Positions 50,801 to 63,146 of a DNA stretch of 64,000 bases are shown here, one piece after another. The notes beneath the pieces were generated by a model. That model worked only from the letters and a program-made list of their open reading frames with translations, did no database searches and had not been told where the DNA came from. Origin of the DNA: Cenococcum geophilum (taxonomy: Eukaryota); NCBI GenBank assembly GCA_050273025.1, contig CP158636.1, forward strand, positions 3,534,001-3,598,000. Direction: 5' to 3'. The position numbers and the translations under genes are program-made. Position 1 is the stretch's first letter; every line of letters begins with the position of its first letter.

Positions 50801-53800
50801 TACCTTTATCTATTATCGAAACTCTATAAATAAGAAGTTCTTTCCTATATTATAGACGATTTAATTAGGGGGTCCTAGGTAAACATTAATCTAGCATAAC
50901 TAAAGAATATCCTATACGTTCCTAGCTAATATATCCTTTAAGAATCGTGCGGCTTAAAAGGAGGTTAAGAAGTCAATAACTTAGAGTACTGGCTTGCTGC
51001 TGAGATATATAACGTTAACAATAATATAGAAGTTAAAGTCGTAGTTATCTTTAAGGGTAAACTTAAATCAGCTAGGGGACTTCTGGTTTATTTAGTAGTA
51101 ATAGCAGTACTTTATAAGATACTTAATTGCCTTAACCTTAACTTCATAGCCTATTCGCTAAAGAACCCTAAGCAATTAATAAATAGATAGGTGGCCAAAA
51201 CAATAGTGTAATTGGCGTAACTCTAACTTAGTTAAGTAGCTTTAAGTAATACTCTTTTTTAGTTAGTAAAGGAGCAACTAGGGGTAACCCTACTTGCGTA
51301 TAACGGGCACCCAATTATCTCCTTAAATAAGTACATTCTTAAAGTTATTAAGCTTAACGCCTAATTTATCTATATCTCTAATACAAAATAAAAATAAGGT
51401 GTTCGTAGGAATAATATAAAAAGTGATATACCCTAAAGGGGTTTAAACCCTAATTGTGCTAAGAGAGATTGCAGTACCCTTGCTAAAACAAATTGTATAT
51501 TAGCCTGCCGTTAAATAGTTAATCTAAACAGAGCTATTAAGCTGCTAAAGGGCTTAAACTTAAGGTTCTCCTACTATAGATACTCCTACAGCTCTAGTAT
51601 CTAGTATAATACTATAAAAGACGTTCGCTAAGTATCTATTATTAAAGGAGAACGTAGAACTCTCTTTTAGCTTATTAAAGATATCTAATTTCGTAATAGA
51701 ATGGAGCATAGATTGGTTATTAAGAACAACAACAATTTATATACCATTTACCTTACTATACTCAGTAAAGTATTAGTTAAGGAAGTAGTCCTCAATTTCT
51801 ATATCTATAAGGAGCTATTCAACCTTATTAACCTCGCCCTTAAGATCTTCTACGCCTTCGTATTAAACTAGGAAGCTTTAAAAGTAGGCTATAGTAACCT
51901 TACAATTTCTAACATTTCTTATATTTTGACGAAACTTATTATATGCCTCCTTTCGCTTATTAAGGGAGTATCTAGTTAACCAGTAATTTAGCTTCTTATA
52001 AACGTAGCACTTTTTCTAGCAATTACTTTAGAATAAACCTCCATAAGGACCTCTATAATTGTCTTATAGTTAACGTTAATTATACTTTTTACCGTATTCC
52101 CTACTACGGCCACTATATATTTGGTTAGTTTAGTTATAATTATATTAGTTAAGAATGCTTAGTTAGGTAGGGCTTTTGGTATAGAACTATTAAGATTCTT
52201 ATATTTATATTATAGTACCTATAGCAGAGCGTAGCTCGGCATATACTCCTTTAAATGTATCTATAGGTTTATATAGCGCCAAGTTGCACTTAGAAACGCT
52301 ATAGCATACTAAGATAACCTAGTCCCTTAGGCTGTTCTTATTTTAGTAAGTTTTAGTAAGTCCGCGTTAGATTTTCTAAAGTTTATTAAAGAGTAGTTAA
52401 AGGTACTCTAAATAAGTCTTTATTAGGTTAGAAGCAATAACTCTCTAAAATATAGTCTCTCGCCATTTAAACATATAAAGTTAGCGATTCTTATTAGTTT
52501 TAAAGTAGGCTTTAGTAAGCTAAAGCATTATATTAAAGCTATAGTTTTTACCTATAATATAGTTATAATAGAATATTACTACCCGTCCCTTTAATATAAT
52601 AGAGAAAGCATAGTAGTACTAGTAGCATTAAATTTTGACCTTATTATAACAGTTATAAAAGACCTATAGTTTTACTCTAAGTATATTATATAATTCTTCT
52701 CTAAACTTCTTCTCTTCGTCTAAATATACCTTTATTAGATTCGTAACTTCTTATAGTAAAGGGTTACTAGTTGGTTAAAGTAGAAAAGCTAAAGGCGGCG
52801 GAGGTAGAGGATAAGTACCTCTAGGTAGGAGAGTACCTTTAGGTAGGAGAGTAGCGTTCTAGGGGTTTTGTTCTAAATTAAAGTTACCTTTTAAAGAATA
52901 TAGGTTAATTCTAGGTTTCCGTAGTTAATATATAATCTTAACTTCCGTCTATACTAGTTCTTCTATATTAGTAATAACGGCCTAAATATTACTAGTAATT
53001 AGGTTACTGTTCTTAGTAATATATACCCTATTCCTATAGAGGAAGTCTTAAAATTTTTAAATAATATTAACATTGCTAAGTGCCTAGGTGTTAGCGGTCC
53101 ATCCTATAAAATCCTCCCTAAAATATTCCCATAGCTGTATATTAGCGTAGTGTTTACTTTAATAGAATATAATACAGTATAAAAGAAAGCTATTAACTTA
53201 TTTTACAGTATAAGTTATTATATTAAAGGTAAATTCATCCTAATTTTTATTAATGAGTTTCGCGTATAAAGCTACCCTTAGTAGTAAGGAGTCTTCCTAG
53301 TTGTTTAAAGTAGGCGTAGCTATATTTTTAGAGGGAGGGAAGTGTTATTAGCGTAGGGATTATTATTTAGTACGCGTCGGTGATATATATTTGTTGTTTG
53401 GTACGCGTTTATAACGTATATTTGCGATTATAGGGCTTAGGACTAGTTCTAGCCTTAAATCGCGAAGACTTGTAAAGTATATTATTTTACGTAATAGACG
53501 TAAGAATCTATAATCTTAAAAAGGCTTAGGACTAGTTCTGGCCTTTAGATCCTTAAATTTATAGAAGAGTTTTATTTAAGGTTTAGGACCAGTTCTAGCC
53601 TTAAAAGATAGCTTCCTTTAGCACAAGTAGCACTAGTACAGTGGCTTGTCTCTTCTTAGTAAAATACCTAGCTGTTCTATAGTATAACAGTAAAGTTAAC
53701 CACTAATCAGTATTAGACTTATAAGGGGATATCACGTAGCTACGGTTCATAGATAGTATAATAATTGTTATTCTTCTTAATTAATTCTTAAAGAAAGGGG

Positions 53801-53933
53801 TAAGGAACTTAAGGTTCCTTACCACGCTAGTGCCGCGGCGGCATGTGACGGCAACTTGCCGCACGTAACGGCAACTTGCTATACGTGGTGGCAATATGCC
53901 TTATATAGTGACCACTTGCCTTTATTCCCAACA
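47811..53933 (-). mobile_element. Full-length Ty1/Copia element, RIP-inactivated; 223-bp LTRs (47811-48033, 53711-53933); TSD AAATA
   Basis: LTR pair and TSD (47806-47810, 53934-53938). Integrase zinc finger (~51100-51210) lies upstream of RT (~49350-49850) and RNase H DNLVDIMTK (~48495-48520). Confidence 0.95.
48219..48380 (-). promoter_or_regulatory. Complete shared palindrome/CCAAT module in the Copia 3' UTR
   Basis: Palindromes at 48346-48368 and 48250-48276 plus ATTGGCTCGCTTACTACTAGCGCCTTAG, in the same order as 32402-32542. Confidence 0.55.
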
Positions 53934-54985
53934 AAATATATAATGCTACGCCTAAGAAATATACTAAGTACGTTAGTACGTTAGTATATTAGTATATCTT
54001 ATATATTTCTATATTTCTATATTCTTATATTCTAAACTTATAATATAACTAGCTATATAACTTAGATAACCCTTATTCTATAGCTTAATTAGTTTTAGCG
54101 TTTTCTATATTATCTTAACTAACCTATTTATATCTCTTCTTAGTAGTTATACTATAGCTAATATAAGGTCTGTAATAAATAAGATAAATAATATCCTTCT
54201 AGATCCTCTTAATTAGTAGCTTATAACTAGTTAAGTACTCTATCTAGTCCTCGCTAAGATTGCCCTAGATTTATTTTTTATACTAGTAATAAGCTCTACT
54301 TATAAATAAGCTTTTAGTTAAGCTAAGAAGGCTATTACTAATAAGCGTAATAAGCTTATAGCTAACATAATTAAAGCAAATTAATATTAAAAGTAGTAGC
54401 TTCTTAAAGGCCTTTTACTAAGCAGCTTAATTTACTATATTAGCTCTAATAGCGCCTTAACTATATCTTAGCTAATAAATTTAAATACTAACCTAACTGG
54501 CTATAAGTTAAATATAGCGGTAAAAACACTAGCTAAGATAGGTAGGTTTAGTAAAGCTTATTCCTTAATAGAGCCTAACCTTAAAATAAAGCCCGCTTAA
54601 CTACCTAACCTAGATCTTTACCCCTAATGTTACTATTAGTGTAAATATCTACTTTAAAGCCCGCGCGGCGTGCTAATTAAATCCAATAATACCTAACACT
54701 ATTTAAGGTTAATTTAGGTAGATCTAAGATCGGACAATGTTAATATTTATATATACCAAAGTGCTGCCAAAAATCTAAAATCTAACTCTATAACTCTATT
54801 AGATCTATATAAATTACCCGATTAGAATAAGCGCGCTACCAGCTCTGCAGTCAGCGTATACACGTTTCCAGCGAGCGTCCAGCGAGCGACTTGATTAGCC
54901 GCAGTCAGTCAGCGGAAGGCGTCATCGCTCGCTGAACGCTGCCTGTTGGCCACACTGGCCATAGCTTTAGGGTACATAATATCGG

Positions 54986-55205
54986 TGTAAGGGATAGTAA
55001 TAGAATAGTTATATGCGTCCCTGACTGTCTCTAATGCCTCCCACACTAGGTCTCACCACCCTGCTTATGTCTCACCGCCCTATTTCTGTTGCCTACCACC
55101 TGCCTGCGCCTACCTTATGTATATAGAGAGCTTCTAGAGCCAGCTTGAATCGACAGAGTTCTCATTCTAAGTAGTCCGGTCAACAATAGCCAATACCTTT
55201 ATACA
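54986..55205 (+). mobile_element. Probable Copia-type solo LTR directly upstream of the amidotransferase gene
   Basis: Bounded by TGTA...TACA; ctacctt..gtatatagagagcttctagagc resembles the TATA region of the LTR at ~4518-4552. No clean TSD was found. Confidence 0.5.
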
Positions 55206-55276
55206 ACTCGTTACCTACTTACTTTACTCTCACCATTCCAAACCTCAACAAAGTCTTGACTAATTAGCTCGATACG

Positions 55277-57742
55277 ATGTGTGGCATATCTGTAATTGTC
55301 GCTCTCGATCAGAAGAAGAACTTGAAGAATAACATAGATGTCACGTCTCCTCATGAGGGAATAGTGAATGGCTTTCACCGAAGGAGCGTATCAGAGAAGC
55401 TAGAGGAGAGTCTAGACTTGCTTGCCCATCGCGGGCCAGACTCACGTGGGCAATGGGTTAGTGAAGATAGCAGAGTTGGTACATCCCCTATTCCTTCTCA
55501 CAGCACAGTGAACTTAGTGAGTAAATAGAACGGTCACTAACATATGGGCTTAGCCCTCGGCCATGTCCGCCTTGCCATAGTCGACCTCAGCCCCAACGGT
55601 GTACAGCCGTTCCATGGCATGGATGGCTCCATCCATGCCGTCGTCAATGGAGAGCTGTACGATGCCGACCGAATTCGAGCTGACCTGATCCGCGAGGCAG
55701 GATACGTATTCAAGGGCCACAGTGACTGTGAGATCGTGGTCGCCTTGTACAAGCAACATGGAATATCGTTCCTGCGCCACCTACGCGGCGAGTTTGCGCT
55801 GTGCCTGTATGACTCTCGTGCCAAGTACTTTGTTGCAGCAAGGGACAGATATGGGATTAAGCCACTGTTCTGGACCTATCTCGAGGGTAAATTGTTGGTT
55901 GCCTCGGAGGCCAAAGCATTCTTGCCCTTAGGCTGGAAGCCGAAGTGGGATGTGAAATGTCTGATGGATGATGGATGGCGGCATGATCAGAGAACTCCGT
56001 TCGAAGGGGTGAACAAGGTACGAATGCCTGAAGGCCTGTGGCGAGTAAGACGCCGTATTTAACAGAGCATGCTAGGTTCGGCCAGGCCATTATCTTACCT
56101 GTAATGCATTTGGATCGATCGAAATGCGCCAATACTGGGATCTCAACTTTCCCAACAAGGTACGAGGTGCACACGAGTGTTTCCAAGATCAATTGTAGTT
56201 AATTGTAACGTAACTGATATTTCTAGGTGGTGGCCGATCCTCGCACCGAAGAGGAGATAGTGGAGGGCGTTCGCTCACGTTTGCTGGATGCCGTCCGTCT
56301 GAGATTGCGTGCAGATGTTCCCGTAGGTGTTTATCTCAGCGGAGGCGTTGATTCATCGGCCGTTGCTGGTATGATGTGTCACCTCTTCAAAGAACGGGGC
56401 AATAAAATTGGGATTGAGAAAGGGCTTGAGCGTATGACTTGCTTCACCATCGCCTTCGATGAGGCTAGCGGCATGGACGAATCCAGTGAGTGAGGGCTGT
56501 TACACATTATCGTGCTGCAAAAGCATGCGTTAGATATTGACCCAAGCAGGAATTGCCGAACGGACTGCGCAGCACCTAGGTGTCACACTTATTAAGAAGT
56601 ATATGAATGAGGAAGAAATCGCTAAGCGTTTCGAGGATGCCGTCTGGCATAGTGAGCACCAAAATTACGATCTCAATTTTGTTGGCAAGTTTGCGTTGTC
56701 GGAGGCACCTCGGGAGCTAGGCTTTAAAGCAAGTTAATTGCTCAGACTCGTGTTAGACCCATCCAGCTAACGTTTTGGAAAAGGTAGTACTTACAGGCGA
56801 AGGGGCGGATGAGGTGAACCTTCCATTCAACTGTGTTGCAATCATAACCAATCATGAGGGCTGGGCAAGCATACTTATAGTCTCCAGGTCTTTGGCGGCT
56901 ATCCAGCATTTCTGCCGGATTTTTTGCGCGAGCCAGATCATGCTTGGCCCTACTCAAATCTTACAGACGAAGAACGACAGAAACAATTGACGAAGGCTGA
57001 GCTTGTGGCTGCGGAGTTCTACAAAGGCAGGGCCCTCAAACTCTTGAGCCACGGGGATTCTTTGGCAGACCGACAACTGAACAACATTAGCAGTCCTGCC
57101 TCGTTGGCTAGTTACACTTTCCCGTTATTCGCCCCATGGACTTCGAGCTACGGCGAATCCGATCCTTGCGTCACAATAGCAAACAATGTTGACGGCCGCG
57201 TGCGAGAGCGGATGTTGAAGAAATGGCATCCACTGCATTCTGCATTGTACATCTGGACGAAGGGCAACCTAGCAAATGTCCTCTTAGCTTGCCTGGGCGA
57301 CCGCTCTGAGATGGCACACAGCGTAGAAGGGCGCCTACCACTCCTGGACCACGAGCTCACTGAGTACGTCAACAAAGCGCCGCCGAGTCTAAAGATCCGG
57401 TATAACAAGGAAAATGGTTTCTCTGAAAAGTGGTTGTTGCGAGAAGCAGTGAAACCCTTCATTATTGAAGAAGTCTACAATCGGAAGAAACACGGGTATG
57501 CAGCTCCAACGGGATGGCCGAGGGATGGACCGTTGCACAAGTTGTTCCAAAGGCTAGTGACGAGAGAGAACGTGGAGCGTCTGGGATTTGTGGACTGGAG
57601 CAGTGTTGAGGATCTTGTTCACAAGGCATTTGTGGGACACAACACGGTTGCGCTGAGGTGTACTAACGTAGTTGCTCAGTGGGTCGTGCTGTCACAACGG
57701 TTCGGCATCGAAACAGCCACCCCTGTGCCAGACTCGACTTGA
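55277..57742 (+). CDS. Asparagine synthetase-like glutamine-dependent amidotransferase (AsnB family), 7 exons
   Basis: MCGI (Ntn Cys), HRGPD, GHVRLAIVD, VNGELY, RDRYGIKPL, YLSGGVDSS, VVLTGEGADE, DRSEMAHSVEGRLP. Exons 55277-55478, 55554-56017, 56076-56159, 56227-56486, 56550-56728, 56784-56813, 56888-57742. Confidence 0.93.
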
Positions 57743-57951
57743 AAACATACAATCTACGAAATTACCAGTGAGGGTATGGGTGGATTACCGTTTCGCAGAA
57801 GTAGCGATCGAATATTGCGGGTTTCTTGCAAAAATAGATAGAGAATGCTTCTTTCGGATACATAGACCCTCCACCTTACTTTCCCTTCCAAGGTTGGTTC
57901 CACAAGCCAATACCAATTTTGGTGAGAGATTAGTCAAATTTTAAAGCTCTA

Positions 57952-58093
57952 CAGGGCTTAACCTTACCAAGAACACCCTGTCAAGGCTCTACATATTATA
58001 TTCAACATTCAATATTCTTTCAATATGAGTTATCAATTCAATATCAATATCATTACACCCTCATGTTGATATTGAATATTGATTAAAAGCCTG
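57952..58093. repeat. AT-rich segment with repeated TCAATAT / ATATTGA motifs; possible MITE or hAT terminus
   Basis: Several ttcaatat copies and inverted gttgatattgaatattga, ending AAAAGCCTG; lies between the convergent gene ends. Confidence 0.35.
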
Positions 58094-58289
58094 GGGTCGA
58101 GGTTGAATCCTTTATCCTTCCTGTGATAATACATATCGAACCGAGCTCAACCACTTCAAGAAAATAAATGAGCCTCATACTGAGAAGCGCTCTGGCTTGT
58201 TTACCGGTTCACCCACTAACCTAACCCAAATATGCTTGCAGTTGATAGAGTCATAACTCCTCGCCACATACAAAATCCTTTGAAATGCC

Positions 58290-59850
58290 TTAAATAAAAA
58301 TGCCCTTCTTCTGCTGACGCGCAGTCGCAATCAACAGTACAACAAGCCATGCCGACCCCAGTAAAAGAAACACACCACTCCAGACCTGCACGCCAAGAAA
58401 ATTAATCACAGGAGTTCCATTGCTGGAAATAGACGTCCTTAGCAGAGCACCAGCGATAGGCGCTCCAATTAACGACGCGATGGAACAAATGCCCCACGAC
58501 ATGCCAAGTCGAGTGCCCAGAAGAGATAGATCCGGGCAGATGTTTGGAAAGCAGGAGCCGGGCAGGGTTACGAGACCAGCAGAAAAGAAGCCTGCAATAG
58601 TCAGCCAACTGCTTGGTAGTACTCGGTGGTGTGGGAGGCCAAGCTTACCCCAGAGAACACTGAACGCAATGAAGGGCTTTTCGCTTTCGATGCTGATCCA
58701 GCATAAGGATAAGATTCCAGAAACCAAAGAGCAAACAATCCAAGTCAACATGCTACCAACATAATGCGCAACGTAACCACAGACTAGTCGGCCAAAGAAC
58801 GACCCTGCTATGGAAATAACGAGAATGTACAATGAAGATGATTCTGATACTCCAAGTCGATCCTGAGCATATGTGGGAATGTAGAAGTATGGTACCATGT
58901 AGCCGAGAAACGTTAAAAAGCTGGAACATGTGAATAAGATGAATAAACGGTCCTTAAATGCAGATGTGTCGACGAGTTTCCGGGCCTTTCGGGGTTGCGT
59001 AAGCATGCTTGGGCCGCTGAGGAGGGCAGGAAATGAGAGAAGCGCAATCCCTAAAGCAATGACCCCCATTACACGTATGGCCCAAGGAAAGCCACTTGAG
59101 GCCGTTAGTCGATCAAAGGCGATTATGTAGATAACTCCGCCTGGTACAGGGCCAGTGAATAAACAGTAGTTCTAAATGAAATATGATTTGAAGGGTGAGC
59201 AGATGTAAGATGTACTCACCAACACTGACACCCGACATGACGATGCCCATAGCGAGGGCCCGCTTCCTAGAAAACCAGATGCCAACAAGTGCAAGGCTTG
59301 GTACATACAGTAATCCAGCACCGAGACCCATGCAAAAACCTTGTGCAAGAAAGATCTGCCAATATTCCTTAGCCAAGCTCAGCATCATGATTCCAAAGAC
59401 CACCAAGAAATTTCCGATGTATAGCATTGACCGGAAATATCCTAGATCAAACAGCGGCCCCGATAGGACACCCACAAGAATGAGCAACCAAGCTTGAACG
59501 GTCCCTATCCAGCTGATGGCCGATGCAGAGGACTCTACCAGAAGCTCATGCCGATAGTAGGCTTGAAAGGCGCCGAAACTCAGTGTGAACCCCCTATGCG
59601 ACATCAATGGTCAGAGCAGTACATCACAGGTCCGAATAGGTCAATGAGAGGCCCACCAGATATTAATGTAAACAAGGAATCCTCCAAGAACTTTCAACCA
59701 CGCATGTAAACCTCCATCAGGCGCTGCCGGTAGTTGGGCAGGGGTGTTATTGTTCTCGAGATCCTGAATCGCTGATACGCTCGCCTCTAAAACTGCAGGA
59801 ACATCTAATTCGAAAGTTTTCTCAATTTCGAGAACCTGATTCGAAGACAT
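58290..59850 (-). CDS. MFS monocarboxylate transporter-like (MCT/MCH) protein, 4 exons
   Basis: PDGGLHAWLKVLGGF, W-GFTLSFGAFQ, ISWIGTVQ, GPLFDLGY, WFSRKRALAMG, GFPWAIR, GTRLGM. Exons ~59850-59657, 59593-59219, ~59140-58649 and ~58591-58290. Confidence 0.92.
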
Positions 59851-60507
59851 TCTAGAGACAATCGCAGATACAGAAATGGGGAAATGTGACTAGAGTGAAG
59901 TTTTCTAATCCCCGAATTCGTGTTTTGCAATGGTTCTCTCTAACAATGCTCTGCAATGGGGAAGATATAGTCAGATATAATAAATAAAAAACAACAACAG
60001 ATATGCAAGGCTGGGCTAGCTTGGCATTATGAATAGCTAGACAAAAGCATGGTATGAAGCTGGTTTAGAAGAGTGGACAATGATTCCAAGTCTTTGGGCA
60101 CAGGTGAGAGGAGAAATTCTTTGAATGTTGAGAGGACGTGACATGTTTTTATGCTAGTATGCACGAGAACGGCAAACTGTGCCGGTCAACTAGTCGGTCA
60201 ACCCTAATTTATCAGCAGCTGCCTAGCTAAGGCGGCAACTAGGCTACATTATGTCAAGTTGTTTTCTAAACCGAGGGCGCCTCGTGAAAACGCCGACGAT
60301 CGACAGCAATTGATTCTTTCTCCGCATTCCTTTCATTGGCCATCATACCGTCGGTAATTGGAGAAGCTTGTCAAGAGGCTTCAACCATTTTCAGACTTCA
60401 ACCATCTGATCTGACGTAGTGCGTGATTAGCCGAGCATTAAGTCTGCTGCCGGAAGGGTTTGACTTATGGATTTGTTGGGGATTATATGTATAGTGCGGG
60501 TATGTCA

Positions 60508-60647
60508 TCCCATCGCCCGTCAAGGTACTGCGTTATCGATAATATATAGCCCGTGCGTATAACACCAAGGAACCGTACTCAATCTATGCTTTCTGATTGG
60601 CCAAATTCTTATCGATAACGTAAGACGATAATTCACGGGTAATGGGA
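60508..60647. mobile_element. 140-bp MITE-like element with nested inverted repeats
   Basis: Outer TCCCATCGCCCGT...ACGGGTAATGGGA; inner CGTTATCGATAA...TTATCGATAACG; internal CTGATTGG. Confidence 0.5.
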
Positions 60648-60762
60648 TAGAGTGAATGCAGAAGATTTGAAAGAAAATAGCAATTTCATAATCCTTCCAA
60701 TTTATTCCAAACTAAATTAAGGAGAACCGATTGTGACTTAAGTTAAATTAAGCTGGTAGATA

Positions 60763-62629
60763 ATGTGAGTGATAGGGTTATGACGGTCGGCATCGTCATA
60801 ACGGTTTGGAACATTAGGAACCGTTATAACCCTATTGGTTAGGAGTCTTCACCACTGCGTATACGGCTCTACGTAGCCGAAATAAGTGTCGGTTTGGGGC
60901 ATGTGCACGCCCCACCTAAATAAAGCCCCCTGAGCATGCCTTATAATCATAACAAACCTTATAACACCACTATTTCGCACCCAAATTCGTTCGGTGTAAT
61001 TACCAATTATGGCCTAAGTTACTAAGGAGCCTGTATCCCGAAAGATGCGGGTAAAACACTTTACTCTACCCCCAGAATTGTACCACAACGCTAGGGAAAA
61101 TAAGCATTTAAAGACTCCTCCACGTATAGGAGTTCTCTACGCTAAAATCTATGGCTAATTACTGGGTAAGGCTATTCCTCTAGCTATTATATAGTAGGCT
61201 ACTAGAATTGCTGAGCGCTCTTAGTAATGTATTATGGCCTTAAAGCAATATAGAACTATATATAATTCTAGGCTAGAAATAAGAGGGAGAAATCGAGCCC
61301 TTATAAAGGAAGACACCTACGCTATTACTATATATTTAGACGACCCTAATCTTAATTAAGACTTAAAATTAGCCCTATGGCAGACTATTATTTAAGAGGC
61401 CCTAAATTATAAAGATCTTCTAATGGTTTTAACTTAGAGAATAGGTTACTAACCTCTTAGAAATAAGCTAATTTAAAGAGCTATAAAAAAGGATAAAGGA
61501 TATATTAATGCAAAGATAGAGGAAAAGAAGTGGCTTAACCCAGAGCAGGCAGATAAAAGGAAGAATTAGTACTATTTATAGCTAAAAAAAAGACCCTATC
61601 CCAAGGACTGGAATAATATTGCTTTTTATAATAAATATTACTTTAGTTTAGGTGTAGAAGAAACCCATAGGATTAAAAGAAAGAGTAGTAATCTTTACCG
61701 CTATTTATTATAGAATATTTATAGAAAGAAGGGAGTTACTAAAAAGGATAAAAAGGAGAAGGCCTAAGAGAAGAAGCATCTTAAACTATTTAATGTTTTT
61801 ATTATTATTAGTAGGACCTAGAAGAAGTTCTTTTTATATAAGGTAAATAACTAGGTAGGTAAAATAAACTTAAAAGCCTATACTAAGTAGGTGTTGCTAT
61901 AGCTTCTTTTAAAGTTTAATATTAAGGGAATTACTTTATATTAGGATGTAGATTTAGCGCATAAATTAAGGGAGTCTTTAGCCTAGGTAAAGGAATGGGA
62001 CTTAAAGCTTCTAATATTGCCTGGTCTATTACTAGATCTATTAATTATAGAGTCCTTAGCCTATTCTATTAAGAAGAAGTTCTATTTAAAGCGCGTGGAA
62101 GAGGAGGATATAGCATTAGAGCGTTTTATAGATGTTTAGGAGAACTAAGTAGATTAAAAGAAGATTGTAGAGATATACAGCTGGTACACGAAGCGCCTGC
62201 ATGAGTGCATTAGGGCTGACGGGTAGATAACTCGATATTGAATTGATTTGGCTGTATTGTGGTGTTGTAAACGATCGTGAAGCAATGATTTTGGTGGATG
62301 CGCACGTGCCCCAAACCGACACTTATTTCGGCTACGTAGAGCACGGTCCCACTTAATGCACACCAAATCCAAAAACACCAAAATTTTTAACCCTATTGTA
62401 TACAATCAAAATGGACCCAATTAACGCCGCTCTTGCTGCATTAGAGCTATAAGATCCTCCTAATTACACCTGGATAGCTAAAGAATTTAATATCAATCGT
62501 TCTACGCTTTCGCGGCGTTATTAGTAGATTACTCGCGTTAGAGAAGATGCGACGGAAATAAAATCTCTATTAATAAGCTATATTTCAATCTATGGTCGGA
62601 GAATTCCACGCGCTATTTAGTTGCAACGT
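60763..62629 (+). mobile_element. Fot1/pogo-like remnant(s): TIR-like 5' end and truncated transposase N-terminus, interrupted by Tc1
   Basis: The 5' end matches the MITE arm at 12955. 62411-62570 encodes MDPINAALAALEL*DPPNYTWIAKEFNINRSTLSRR (pogo HTH). The right end ...TTGCAACGT does not match the left TIR, so this may be a chimera. Confidence 0.6.
60872..62336 (+). mobile_element. Tc1/mariner transposon (1465 bp), TA TSD, RIP-inactivated transposase ~61009-62210
   Basis: TIR CGTAGCCGAAATAAGTGTCGGTTTGGGGCA(T/C)GTGC at both ends; degenerate DDE motifs KDWNNIAFYNKY, *DVDLAHK, PGLLLDLLIIES. Confidence 0.9.
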
Positions 62630-63146
62630 GGCGGTCTACAGCGTCTCTTCAATTCCGGTGGTTAGCGCAGCCACGTCTGCACGGCCTTTTTGTAGGGGAA
62701 GTTTTGGTATTTTTGCTGTTTAAGGGAAAGTTAATAAAACACGCTAACCACCTGTACATGGTAGATGGCCCGTGCGGGAACACCAGAATTATTTCTCCGT
62801 TGCGGGGGATAAGCACGTTCACTTGCAGCTAAATCATTGCCCCATACGGACGATCCTTTAGCCAGTACCTTGGAAGTTGTGAGATTGGCGAAATGCCCGT
62901 TCCTGTTGCCGAACATTGGTATTACTCTCTATACCCCATTCCCGAAGTTACTTGCCAGCGTCTTAAAGAGCACGGCTGTCTAGTCACCATCGGATTTTCC
63001 TGTGGCGATGTCTGGGACTCATAATCACTAACCCATAACACTGAACTTTACTTCCTGCTCTCTGTATCCGTTCCACCGTCATCCGTTCTTTTGCTACAGC
63101 TCCTGAGTACTCATTCGAGGTGATTATGCGATTAAGATAGCACCAG

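Larger units (their letters stand above)
33357..54957 (+). mobile_element. hAT DNA transposon (~3.7 kb native) inflated to 21.6 kb by nested insertions; 8-bp TSD
   Basis: TIR CAG(C/T)GTGGC(T/C)AA(T/C)AGG(T/C)AGCGT at both ends; TSD GCTATAGC (33349-33356) / GCCATAGC (54958-54965). BED-like finger at ~40270-40370, catalytic region 46095-47810, hAT dimerisation domain (DPLN**L...LAKIALDLF...AFS*AK) at ~54200-54400. Confidence 0.9.

Noticed and set aside
1..54957. Alternative genetic code or organellar origin of the AT-rich, stop-rich frames
   Set aside because: Stops fall at expected Gln/Trp/Arg codons of TE proteins and differences between copies are transitions, which RIP explains
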